64,000 nt of DNA, from assembly GCA_022839995.1 (NCBI GenBank), contig JALHIN010000005.1, positions 11,878-75,877 of the forward strand, in the 5' to 3' direction. Source of the DNA: Synergistota bacterium (GTDB taxonomy: Bacteria > Synergistota > Synergistia > Synergistales > 79-D21). The notes under the pieces were generated by a model. It ran no database searches. It was not told the origin of the DNA and worked only from the letters and a program-made list of their open reading frames with translations. Positions 18,369 through 27,375 of the stretch are shown here, in pieces. The first letter of the stretch is position 1, and every line of letters begins with the position of its first letter. A program made the translations under genes and the position numbers.

Positions 18369-19563
18369 GGGCATGACCGGGGCACTTGGTCTAGACTCAA
18401 AAGGGCCGCCTCCGAGCCCGTAAAAGACGGCGCCGGGCTGCCCCGGAGAAATCCCCTTGGTCCTTTCCCATTTCCGTTCAAACCGCGACGACCTTCGTTT
18501 CATTCCCGCTCCCGAAGACGCCATGGTCCGAAAAAAACTCCTGGTCGTTTTTCGGGCAGCCTCAGGGGACTGGATTTTCCCTTCCAGGACAGGGATCTGC
18601 CGGGGAAAAGGGCACCGGGCCCTTCGCCAGCGTCTGGTGATCCCATTCGTCGCTTCCGTGTTCGGGGACTTCCCCACTCTCGTGGAGGCAGTTTCGTTTC
18701 GGACCCGGGATGTCTTCTTCCTGCCGCCCTACAAAACTTCCCGCGTGGATGACCCGAAGGACTGGATCTCCCTGGGGGGTCCCCTGATGGTGGGTGTCCG
18801 GATCGGCTTGACGTCGGGAAGACTTCGCGAACGGGAAGCCCTGGCTGTTTCCCCAGGAAAGGGCCAGAGCCCTTCTCAACCGGCTGACCGGGCGCCTGCT
18901 CGCGATTCCCGGACTCCCCGAGATGGCGGAAACGCTTTGCGCCGAGATCGAGAGCGTCTTTTCCCCTCGATTTGCCCGTTTCCCCCTGGTGGAAAGTGAG
19001 GGCAGGAGAACCCTCCTCTTTGTGGCATGAAGGCCGAACTTGAAATGGACCCGCTGGAGCAGTCGGGAAAGATCCGTGAGTTGCGGGCGTTCGTGAGCGC
19101 TGCGACCTTTGCGGATCTCACGGCGGCAGGTGGGACTTGCTCAGGGAATCGTTAGTTAGGGCCCTCGACATCCTGGAGAACGGGGTTCTGCCCGACTCGC
19201 CCGAGGGAAGGGAATCCAGGCCAGGCAGGGATCGCGAAATGGTGTGCGAAGATTTTTTCCTGGAAATAGAGTGATGAATCATGCTGGTGCCTTTGGGGGA
19301 TTTGAAGGGGGAAAACGGCTCCTTCTCTTTTGACAAGGAGGGACATTTGCGATTGATCTTTTCAGATCAATCGGTCATAGTGGACGGCACCGAAGGCGTT
19401 TCAATTTCCGGAGAGGGGAAGGCGCAAAGGGAAAGTGAGGCACAAAAGTGGATGAAGGCGCACTGTCCTTTGCGGGCCTGATTGCCCGGCGGGGCATGGG
19501 GCGCGGCTCATCCGGGAAACCAGGGGAGGCGTTTGCCCTATAGCCTTCAGGACTTACACTTCA

Positions 19564-20865
19564 TTGGCAACGGAAAGAAAGATCGTAATCGGGTTCCTGG
19601 CGCTCATCGGCACAGGAACTGTTGCTATTTTATTGCTTAATGCCAATTCACGGCCCCTTACCTTCGTCGATGCGCTTTTCACAGCGACATCCGCCGTTTG
19701 CGTGACGGGGCTTACGGTCGTTGACACCGGAAAGGATCTTACAACCGCTTCTCAGCTTGTCCTCCTGCTGCTGATCCAGCTTGGAGGTCTTGGCGTGATG
19801 ACGGCAACAACTGCTCTTTCCCTTCTGATGAGGGAGAGGATAGGGCTGCGGCAGCGCATGTTCTTTGCCGGGGGCTTCGGGTTGGACTCCCCTTCGGGGG
19901 TGATCCGGCTCTTGATACGGATCCTCTCCCTGACGTTCGCCATCGAGGCGATTGCGGTTTTTCCCCTTTACTGGGGTTTCAGTCGTGCAGGTCTTTCACC
20001 CGAACAGTCCCTGTACAATGCGGTTTTCCACAGCGTGAGCGCCTTCTGCAACGCAGGTTTCTCCCTTTTTTCGGAGAACCTGGAAGGTTTCTCAAGCGGT
20101 ATCCTCGTGCCCGGAACGGTTATGGTCCTTGTCGTATTGGGAGGCTTGGGGTTCATTGTTCTTTCCGAATTGGAGGAGACTTTCCGGGAACCTGCAAGAA
20201 TCTCGGTGCACTCAAGGCTGGTCCTGTTGACGACGGCTGGGCTTGTCCTTTTCGGGACGGCCTTGTTGCTTCTTTGCGAGTGGAATCGTTCCCTCGAGTC
20301 GATGGGGGTGGGGTGGAAGATCTGGAACGCGCTTTTCTCCAGCATCACTCCCCGAACGGCGGGCTTCGACACCGTCGCCCTGTCGACCTTTTCTTCCGCG
20401 GGACTTTTTGTCGTCACCCTGCTGATGATTGTGGGGGCTTCTCCAGGTTCGACGGGAGGCGGGTTCAAGACGACAACACTGGCTGTCCTGCTTGTCTCGA
20501 CATGGAACGTGCTCAAGGGGCGATCGGAAGTCCACTTGTGGAACAGGCGCATTCCCATCCGGGTCATCCAGAGGGCGATCACGATGATTGTCCTCTATCT
20601 TGGTATACTGGGCATAGGATTGATGACCCTGGTATTGCTCGAGCCTTTCCCCTTCCGTTCCCTGCTGTTCGAGACCGCTTCAGCCCTCGGGACGGTGGGG
20701 TTGTCGCTGGGGATCACCTCTCAATTAAGCGATCCCGGCAAGCTTGTGCTCGTACTCCTGATGTTCTGGGGCCGTGTGGGCATTATCACGTTCCTATACG
20801 GCCTCGTGAAGCGTGAGGCAAGAGGAAAGATTTCCTATCCTGATGCGGAAATCCCGGTGGGTTAG
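19564..20865 (+). CDS. ktrB: TrkH/KtrB-family K+ transporter membrane subunit
   Basis: 433 aa with repeated pore-loop motifs (TSAVCVTGL, CNAGFSL, TPRTAGF, SLGTVGLSLG). TTG start. Confidence 0.85.
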   Translation: MATERKIVIGFLALIGTGTVAILLLNANSRPLTFVDALFTATSAVCVTGLTVVDTGKDLTTASQLVLLLLIQLGGLGVMTATTALSLLMRERIGLRQRMFFAGGFGLDSPSGVIRLLIRILSLTFAIEAIAVFPLYWGFSRAGLSPEQSLYNAVFHSVSAFCNAGFSLFSENLEGFSSGILVPGTVMVLVVLGGLGFIVLSELEETFREPARISVHSRLVLLTTAGLVLFGTALLLLCEWNRSLESMGVGWKIWNALFSSITPRTAGFDTVALSTFSSAGLFVVTLLMIVGASPGSTGGGFKTTTLAVLLVSTWNVLKGRSEVHLWNRRIPIRVIQRAITMIVLYLGILGIGLMTLVLLEPFPFRSLLFETASALGTVGLSLGITSQLSDPGKLVLVLLMFWGRVGIITFLYGLVKREARGKISYPDAEIPVG

Positions 20866-20877
20866 GGAGGGAAAAGC

Positions 20878-21537
20878 GTGAAGAACGAGGAGAAAGTCAT
20901 CCTGGTCGTTGGGCTTGGACGTTTCGGACAGGCCCTCTGCAAGACTCTCGTGGAGCAGAAGCACCAGGTCATCGCCGTGGATCGTTCACGGCAATGCGTC
21001 GAGGAAATGGCCGATGTGGTGGATCTCTCCGTCCAGGCGGATGCAACCGACGAGGAGGCCCTCTCCAAGGTTGGAGCCAAGGAAGCCGACATCGCCGTCG
21101 TGGCGATTGGGCAAAACATTGAGGCCAGTATCTTGGCGACAACCATCCTGAAAGACTTCGGGGTATCGCATGTCGTATCGCGGGCGCAAAATGCCGTTCA
21201 TGCCCGGGTTCTTGCCCGGGTTGGGGCCAACCGTGTTGTTTTCCCGGAGCGGGACATGGGGGAACGTCTGGCCTTCCTGCTGGTCCATCCATGGATGTCC
21301 CACTTTGCCCAGTTGCCGGGATCTCGCTTTTACGTGGGAGAAGTCCGGCCCCTGCCCGAAATGGAAGGGAAAACCCTTTTGGAACTGGATTTTCGGACAC
21401 GGTACAATGCGGTTGTCCTGAACGTGAACCGGTCGGGGGAAATGTTCATCCCCCGTGCGGATACGGTGATCGAAGCGGGTGACAGGATCCTCGTCGCGGG
21501 GCTCAGGGAAGACTTGCAGAAATGGGTGGCGGAGTGA
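20878..21537 (+). CDS. ktrA: TrkA/KtrA-family K+ uptake regulatory subunit (single RCK)
   Basis: VGLGRFGQAL Rossmann motif and a C-terminal TrkA-C domain. GTG start with a GGGAGGG SD. Confidence 0.85.
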   Translation: MKNEEKVILVVGLGRFGQALCKTLVEQKHQVIAVDRSRQCVEEMADVVDLSVQADATDEEALSKVGAKEADIAVVAIGQNIEASILATTILKDFGVSHVVSRAQNAVHARVLARVGANRVVFPERDMGERLAFLLVHPWMSHFAQLPGSRFYVGEVRPLPEMEGKTLLELDFRTRYNAVVLNVNRSGEMFIPRADTVIEAGDRILVAGLREDLQKWVAE

Positions 21538-21555
21538 AATGGGAGAACGGGTTTC

Positions 21556-21584
21556 TTGCTTTTTGGGGAAAGGTTGTTTATAAT
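21556..21584 (+). promoter_or_regulatory. near-consensus sigma70-type promoter
   Basis: TTGCTT (21556-21561), 17-nt spacer, TATAAT (21579-21584). Confidence 0.6.
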
Positions 21585-21590
21585 CGTCCC

Positions 21591-21804
21591 AATTTCGTGG
21601 GAGGTGCCTTCATGGCCCGTATGCCTGTTTCGAAAAATTGTTGTTGTCGGTGGATTCTCTCCTGATCCACCGCGGCCCGCAGGGTCGCGGCGGCACCATT
21701 CGCTGCGGCCGGGGCTGCTAGGGCAACCGGTTCCTCCCATAATTAGGAGAACTCCCGTATCGAAAAAGCGATCGGGCTGGCCGCAAGGTCAGCCCGATTT
21801 TTTT
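21591..21804 (+). ncRNA. candidate structured RNA (6S-like rod or cis-regulatory leader of cysE-cysK), class unassigned
   Basis: It starts about 7 nt after the TATAAT. The 5' AAUUUCGUGGGAGG pairs with the 3' CCUCCCAUAAUU (21733-21744). Internal perfect hairpins are CGGUGGAU...AUCCACCG and CCGCGGCCC-GCA-GGGUCGCGG. It ends in an intrinsic terminator. No credible ORF is present. Confidence 0.45.
21771..21804 (+). terminator. rho-independent terminator immediately upstream of cysE
   Basis: atcgggctg-(10 nt)-cagcccgat followed by a run of 7 T. Confidence 0.75.
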
Positions 21805-21828
21805 CGTCTACGAGAGGAGGAGCATCGA

Positions 21829-22527
21829 ATGGGGATTTTCAAAACGCTTGTCGAAGATTTCAAGGCGGTCAAAAAACGAGATCCCGCGATTCCGGGCGGA
21901 GTTCGGGGTTTTTTCGAGGTGATCCTTTGCACTCCCGGCTTTCAGGCCGTGGCGGCTCACCGCCTGATCCATTTTCTTCATGTCCGCCTTCGGATTCCGG
22001 TGCTTCCCCGCTTCCTCGGCCTCATCGTTCGCTGGTGGACGGGGACCGAGATTCATCCCGGAGCCAGGATCGGCAAGGGGGTTTTCATCGATCACGCGGC
22101 GGGAGTGGTTATCGGAGAGTCGGCGGTTGTGGGGGACAACGTAACCCTTTTTCAGGGAGTGACCCTTGGAGCCACGGGCAACGAGAAAACCTGGAAACGG
22201 CACCCGACCCTGGAAACCGGGGTGTTTGTGGGAAGCGGAGCCCGCATCCTGGGGCCGGTCACGGTGGGAAAGAACGCTCGTATCGGGGCAGGAAGCGTTG
22301 TCCTCAAGGACGTTCCATCCAATGCCACGGTCGCCGGCGTTCCGGCTCGGGTCGTCAGATCGGAAGGACAAAGGGTCGCGCCGCCTTTGGAAAAGGCCGA
22401 GGCCAGGATCGAGGCCCTCGAGGGCATGGTTCGGGAACTCCAGCAGGAAGTCTGGAGGCTGCGGGAAGCGACGGTTTTCTGCAGGACCTCGTCCGGGTCG
22501 AAAGAGAAGAAGAGGGGGGTGGCCTGA
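21829..22527 (+). CDS. cysE: serine O-acetyltransferase
   Basis: The MGIFKTLVEDFKAVKKRDPA N-terminus and hexapeptide repeats (GARIGKGVFIDHAAGVVIGESAVVGDNV) identify the family. GAGGAGG SD. The track start at 21556 is spurious. Confidence 0.9.
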   Translation: MGIFKTLVEDFKAVKKRDPAIPGGVRGFFEVILCTPGFQAVAAHRLIHFLHVRLRIPVLPRFLGLIVRWWTGTEIHPGARIGKGVFIDHAAGVVIGESAVVGDNVTLFQGVTLGATGNEKTWKRHPTLETGVFVGSGARILGPVTVGKNARIGAGSVVLKDVPSNATVAGVPARVVRSEGQRVAPPLEKAEARIEALEGMVRELQQEVWRLREATVFCRTSSGSKEKKRGVA

Positions 22528-22528
22528 G

Positions 22529-23455
22529 ATGCGTTTTCGGGTGGATTCGCTGGTGGGTTTTTCCCTTGTGGGAGGAACGCCGATAGCGCGGATCGAAGCG
22601 GGCGGCGGATCGGAAATCTGGGTCAAGATGGAAGGGAACAACCCTGGGGGATCGATCAAGGACCGCGCGGCCTGGGGCATGTTGAGGAAGGCTGAACAGG
22701 ACGGCTTCCTCCGGGAAGGCGCGGTGATCGTCGAACCGACTTCTGGGAATACCGGGATCGCCCTGGCGATGCTGGGAAGGTCCCTTGGCTTGCGGGTGAT
22801 CCTGACGATGCCCGAATCGATGTCTGCCGAAAGGCGGGCCGTACTTTCGGCCTACGGGGCGGAGCTGATCCTCACCCCCGCCGGGGAAGGGATGGGAGGA
22901 GCGGTCAGGAAGGCCGAGGAACTGGTGAGGGAGTCTGAACGATGCTTTATGCCCGGGCAGTTCGATAACCCGGGGAACCCGTGGGCACACCAGGTTACAA
23001 CAGGTCCCGAGATCCTGGAGGCCCTGAAAGGCCAAACTCCCTACGCCTTCGTGGCAGGCGTAGGTACTGGAGGAACCCTTTCAGGGGTTGGAAGAAGCCT
23101 GAAATCGGCCTTTCCCCGTATCCGGATCGTCGCCGTGGAACCGGCGAAAAGCCCCGTCCTCGGCGGCGGCGAGCCCGGGACCCACGGAATCCAGGGGATC
23201 GGCGCGAACTTCGTCCCGAAGAACCTGGACCTCTCCATCGTGGACGAAATCAAGATAGTAACCGACGAGGCGGCTTTCGACACGACTCGGTGGCTGGCCA
23301 GGGAAAAGGGACTTTTCTGCGGGATCTCCACCGGGGCTAACGTCGCGGCTGCCTTCGAGGTCGCGGCAAGGATGCCGGAACCGGGGATCGTGGTCACGGT
23401 TTCCCCCGACCGCGGGGACAAGTACCTCAGCACGGGCGTTTTCGGGCCGGGGTAG
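22529..23455 (+). CDS. cysK: cysteine synthase A (O-acetylserine sulfhydrylase)
   Basis: KMEGNNPGGSIKDRAA (PLP lysine), EPTSGNTGIALA and GVGTGGTLSG motifs. ATG one nt after the cysE stop. Confidence 0.9.
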   Translation: MRFRVDSLVGFSLVGGTPIARIEAGGGSEIWVKMEGNNPGGSIKDRAAWGMLRKAEQDGFLREGAVIVEPTSGNTGIALAMLGRSLGLRVILTMPESMSAERRAVLSAYGAELILTPAGEGMGGAVRKAEELVRESERCFMPGQFDNPGNPWAHQVTTGPEILEALKGQTPYAFVAGVGTGGTLSGVGRSLKSAFPRIRIVAVEPAKSPVLGGGEPGTHGIQGIGANFVPKNLDLSIVDEIKIVTDEAAFDTTRWLAREKGLFCGISTGANVAAAFEVAARMPEPGIVVTVSPDRGDKYLSTGVFGPG

Positions 23456-23458
23456 GCC

Positions 23459-24910
23459 TTATTTTCGCCAGGTCCCGGGGACGAACAGCATGAGCACGGT
23501 GAACAGTTCCAGGCGCCCCAGGAGCATGCAGAGGGAGAGGACCAACTTGCCCGCCTGGGGAACCGCCGCGTAGTTGTCCATCGGCCCTACGATCCCCAGG
23601 CCGGGCCCGATGTTGCCCAAGGTCGCCGCGACGGAGGAGATGGCCGAGACCAGGTCCAGGCCCATTCCGGCCATGACGAGGGAGGCTCCCACGAAAAGGG
23701 TCATGTAGACGAAGAAGAAGACCGCGACGGAGTTCATCGCTTCCCGCTCGACGACCTTGCCGCCGACTCGCGGAACGATCACGGCCCGCGGGTGAAGGAG
23801 CCGAAGGATTTCGGCCTTGGCCTGCCTGGCGAGCAGGAGAACCCGGATGTTTTTCATGCCGCCCCCCGTGGAGCCCGCGCAGCCCCCGATGAACATCAGG
23901 ACCAGGAGGAGCAGCTGCGCGTAGGCAGGCCACCTCTCGAAATCCGCGGTAACGAAGCCGGTCGTGGTCAGGATGCTGACGACCTGGAAGGCGGAGTAGC
24001 GAAGCGCATCGCTAAGCGAGGCATAGGTTTTCCCGGCAAGGAGAACCGTCATGATCGTGGCGGTCCCGAGGAGCGCAACCAGGGCGTAGAAGCGGAATTC
24101 CTCGTCCTTCCAGAAGATCGAAAGGCGCCCGCGGAGCGCGAAGTAATGAAGGGTGAAGTTGGCTCCCGCCAGGAACATGAAGGCGGTGATGATCCAGTCG
24201 ACAAAGGGGCTTCGATAGAAACCGACGCTCAGGCTCTTCGGAGAAAACCCCCCCGTGGCCATGGTCCCGAAAGTGTGAGTGAGGGCTTCGAAAAGGCTCA
24301 TCCCGGCGAACAGAAGGAGGATCGTCTCGGCAACCGAGAGGATGACGTAGACGCCCCACAGGAGGAGGGCCGTCTGTTGGATCCGTGGCGTGAGCTTCTC
24401 CGGCACCGGTCCGGGGACTTCCGCCTTGAACAGCTGCATTCCGCCGACGCCGAGGAAGGGGAGGATGGCCAGGCTTAGGACGATGATCCCCATTCCTCCG
24501 AGCCAGTGCGTCAGGCTTCGCCAGAAGAGGATGCCCCTTGAGTTGGCCTCGATGTTCGTCAGAACCGAGGCCCCGGTGGTGGTGAATCCTGACATGGCCT
24601 CGAAGAAGGCGTCGGTGTAGGTGGAGACCGAACCGTGGAGGTAGAAGGGCAAGGCCCCGATCGCCGAGCAGAGGATCCAGGAAAGGCTCACGACGGCAAA
24701 GGCCTCCCTCGGTCCCAGGTCCGAGGCCTTCGCGTCTCGGCCCAGGCAAAACAGCACCCCCGAAATGGCGAGGCCAACCCCCAGGGAAGCCCCCAGGTCC
24801 AGGAGGTCGGAGGAACCGTCCCAGGCGGCCCACGCCATTCCCCAGAGGAGAAAGAGGGAAACGACGGTCGTGATCAAGCTGAGAACCTTGGCTACGATGG
24901 CGGGGCGCAT
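23459..24910 (-). CDS. trkH: TrkH-family K+ uptake membrane protein
   Basis: 483-aa polytopic protein with TrkH-like pore loops (MSGFTTTGAS, TMATGGFS, TTTGFVT, CAGSTGGGMK). Confidence 0.9.
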   Translation of the reverse strand: MRPAIVAKVLSLITTVVSLFLLWGMAWAAWDGSSDLLDLGASLGVGLAISGVLFCLGRDAKASDLGPREAFAVVSLSWILCSAIGALPFYLHGSVSTYTDAFFEAMSGFTTTGASVLTNIEANSRGILFWRSLTHWLGGMGIIVLSLAILPFLGVGGMQLFKAEVPGPVPEKLTPRIQQTALLLWGVYVILSVAETILLLFAGMSLFEALTHTFGTMATGGFSPKSLSVGFYRSPFVDWIITAFMFLAGANFTLHYFALRGRLSIFWKDEEFRFYALVALLGTATIMTVLLAGKTYASLSDALRYSAFQVVSILTTTGFVTADFERWPAYAQLLLLVLMFIGGCAGSTGGGMKNIRVLLLARQAKAEILRLLHPRAVIVPRVGGKVVEREAMNSVAVFFFVYMTLFVGASLVMAGMGLDLVSAISSVAATLGNIGPGLGIVGPMDNYAAVPQAGKLVLSLCMLLGRLELFTVLMLFVPGTWRK

Positions 24911-24913
24911 GTC

Positions 24914-26278
24914 TCAGTCCGTCCCCAGGGCGGTCAGGGCCTTCTGCAGGTGATCCCTCGAGGAGAAGAACAGGAGGTGGTCGTTTTCCTTCAGGACGGT
25001 GCTGCCCTTTGGGACGAAGACTTCCGTTCCCCTTTCCACCAGGGCCAGGATCACGCCTTTGGGGAGCCCCAGGTCCATCACCTTTTGCCCGACCGCCGGC
25101 GAACCGGCAGTGAGCGTGATTTCTCCCATTTCCGCGTCAATCTGGTCGATGACCGACACGGAGCCTATCCCTCTAGGATAGCGAATCCGGTGCAGGATGG
25201 TCGAGGCGAGGGCCTCGTTCGGGTTAACCAGGGCATCGGCCTGGAAGGCATCCTGGAGGTTTATGTAGCTGCTTTTCCGGATCACGGCGATGGTTTTGCG
25301 GGCACCCAGTTTTCGGCCCATGGCCGACAGGACCAGGTTCATCTCGTCGTTGGCCGTGGTGCAAACGAAGCCGTCCGCTTCCTCGATCCCCTCGTATCGG
25401 AGCAGGTCGCTGTCTGAGGCGTCGCCGTGAAGGATCGTCGTCTTGCCGAGTTCCCGGGCCAGGACCTCGCATTTTTCGAGGTCCCGGTCGATCAGGCGGA
25501 TATCGATCTTCTGGAAGTTCTGTTCAAGGCGCTGCGCCACCTGGAAGCCGATTTTTCCACCGCCCACAATGAACACCCGCCGGAGCGGGCGGGCCGATTT
25601 CCCCGTGAAGAGTCCCGCGACCCGGTCCCGTTCCTCCCTGAGGGTGGCGACATAGCACAGGTCTCTCTCCAGGAGCACGCTGTCGCCCGAGGGGACAAAG
25701 CCTCCCGTCCCCCGCTGGACATAAACGATGATGGTCCGAAGGTCCTTGTACTCCAGGGTCAAGTCCTTCAGCGGCCGTCCCAAAAGCGGGGATTCCTTCG
25801 AGAGGGTAAAGCCGTAAATACCGGCTTTTTCCTGCATCAGGGCCGCTGCATGGAAGGAGGCGCCGACCTGCAGCAGTTCCTGGATCTCGCGGGCTACGCT
25901 CCTTTCCGGTGAGATCAAAAGGTCGACGTTCAAGTCCCGCGCCCAGGACTGGGTGTCGGTGAACTCGATGCTCCGGACGCGGGCCATCGTCTGGGGGACA
26001 CCGCTTTTCTTGGCGATCCAGCAGGCAAGGATGTTCACCTCGTCCCGGTCGGTGGCCCCGATCAAAAGGTCGATCCCTCCCTCTTCCCCAAGGCCGGCTT
26101 CCTCGAGGACCTGGGGCCGGGCTCCGTTGCCACGGACGACCCGGGCGTCGAGCTCTTCGTCGATTTGCTGGGCCCGGTCTTCGTCTCGTTCCACGATGGT
26201 CAGGTCGTGCCCGTCTCGGATAAGCTCCTTTGCGACATTCCGGCCGACTTCGCCGGCCCCGACCAGGATGATCCTCAT
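24914..26278 (-). CDS. trkA: Trk system NAD-binding protein TrkA (double RCK)
   Basis: 454 aa with two Rossmann motifs (ILVGAGEVGRNVA; IVGGGKIGFQVA), each followed by a TrkA-C domain. Confidence 0.9.
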   Translation of the reverse strand: MRIILVGAGEVGRNVAKELIRDGHDLTIVERDEDRAQQIDEELDARVVRGNGARPQVLEEAGLGEEGGIDLLIGATDRDEVNILACWIAKKSGVPQTMARVRSIEFTDTQSWARDLNVDLLISPERSVAREIQELLQVGASFHAAALMQEKAGIYGFTLSKESPLLGRPLKDLTLEYKDLRTIIVYVQRGTGGFVPSGDSVLLERDLCYVATLREERDRVAGLFTGKSARPLRRVFIVGGGKIGFQVAQRLEQNFQKIDIRLIDRDLEKCEVLARELGKTTILHGDASDSDLLRYEGIEEADGFVCTTANDEMNLVLSAMGRKLGARKTIAVIRKSSYINLQDAFQADALVNPNEALASTILHRIRYPRGIGSVSVIDQIDAEMGEITLTAGSPAVGQKVMDLGLPKGVILALVERGTEVFVPKGSTVLKENDHLLFFSSRDHLQKALTALGTD

Positions 26279-26282
26279 CGTC

Positions 26283-27278
26283 TCAATCCTCCACGTAGTC
26301 CGCCGGATCCACCACCCCTAAGGGAGGTTCTCCGGCGAGAAATCGGCAGACGTTATCGACGGCTGCCTTCAGGGCGACCGGGAAGATTCCCTTGACCAAG
26401 TTCGAGTTGTGAGGGGAACCGAGGAAGTTTTCCAGCTCGAAAAAGGGGTACTGGAGCCTGAATTCACCGTGCGTGGCGGGTTCGACCCACCAGGTGTCGA
26501 TGCCGGCCCGGAAGGAGGGGTTGGCCTTCAGATGAACGTACAGGGCTTCCTCCTGGACCAGCGCCCCGCGGGCCACGTTCACGAGGATGGCGTCTTCCCT
26601 CATCCACTCCAGCTCTCTTTTTCCGATCAAGCCTCGCGTCCTCCGCGTGAGGGGAAGGCTCAGAACGACGACGTTGGCGTCGCGAACGGCTTCCTCGAGC
26701 TGTTCCAGGGTTCCGATCCAGTCGACGGGTTCCAGGGTCCGGCCTGTCGTGTTGACTGCCCGGATCTCCATTCCAAGGCACCGGAAAAGGCGGGCCGTCG
26801 CTTTGCCGATCCCCCCGAAGCCGAGGATGGCGGCAGAAGCTTTGCGGAACCACAGGCTTTCCCGGCTGTTGTCGAATTCCCCGCGAGCCAGCTTCGCGTG
26901 AAGGGGCAAAAGGTTCTTCCCCAGGGCCAATGCCATGCACAGGGCATGTTCGGCAAGCGGTTCCGCCCAGGCCCCCGCGTTGCTGCATAGGACCGCCTGC
27001 TTGGGCATGAGGGGGAAGGGCAGGGCATCCACCCCGGCCAGGAGGGACTGGAAGAGCCTGAGTTTTTTGAGGAAAAGCAGTTCCGGCGAGGAGATTTCCC
27101 TCCCGAGGATGAAGCTTAGGAGGACATCCGCGGATTCGAGCGCGGCCTTCCGTCTTTCGGGGTCAGTGAGGTCCTTGAGAAAAACCAGGCGGGAAAATTC
27201 TCCCAGTTCCCTGCCAAGCAGAGCTCGGGCTTCGCTGTCGGCTGGGAAACTGACCACGACCACAGGGTTTCGTTCCAC
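26283..27278 (-). CDS. D-isomer-specific 2-hydroxyacid dehydrogenase family protein
   Basis: ILGFGGIGKATARL NAD motif and the VNVARG...D and GSPHNS catalytic-region motifs. The preferred start is GTG 27278, with a GGGGAGGAAG SD. The track start at 27494 overlaps the divergent gene. Confidence 0.8.
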   Translation of the reverse strand: MERNPVVVVSFPADSEARALLGRELGEFSRLVFLKDLTDPERRKAALESADVLLSFILGREISSPELLFLKKLRLFQSLLAGVDALPFPLMPKQAVLCSNAGAWAEPLAEHALCMALALGKNLLPLHAKLARGEFDNSRESLWFRKASAAILGFGGIGKATARLFRCLGMEIRAVNTTGRTLEPVDWIGTLEQLEEAVRDANVVVLSLPLTRRTRGLIGKRELEWMREDAILVNVARGALVQEEALYVHLKANPSFRAGIDTWWVEPATHGEFRLQYPFFELENFLGSPHNSNLVKGIFPVALKAAVDNVCRFLAGEPPLGVVDPADYVED

Positions 27279-27375
27279 GGCGCTTCCTCCCCTGAAGGGC
27301 TTGCGGGATTTCCCCTGGGCGGGGACAATGCCAATCATAGACCAATTATGCCTTCGGGAGAAAGGGGAAGGGAAG

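Noticed and set aside
17087-18481. 464-aa minus-strand ORF.
   Set aside because: Antisense to the AbrB-type membrane protein gene, with an Arg/Ser/Pro-rich non-protein-like translation.
19281-19481. 66-aa plus-strand ORF (MLVPLGDLKGENGSFSFDKEGHLRLIF...).
   Set aside because: It looks beta-rich and protein-like, but it has only a weak SD and contains the perfect palindrome at 19351-19372. The evidence is insufficient to call a gene.
19300-19563. Possible c-di-AMP (ydaO-type) riboswitch upstream of ktrBA.
   Set aside because: I looked for the recalled conserved blocks (ACGGRGGRACC, GGGGUnAAUC, CCCGAnnnGCUAA) and found no convincing match. Only a covariance-model scan could settle it.
21591-21770. 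T-box, SAM-I, cobalamin, SRP, RNase P or tmRNA identity for the RNA upstream of cysE.
   Set aside because: The hallmark sequences are not present: T-box UGGNACC bulge and AGAGA, SAM-I GGCCC...AGAUGAG, B12 box, SRP GGAA tetraloop region, RNase P GAGGAAAGUCC, tmRNA 3' tRNA-like end. The class is left open.
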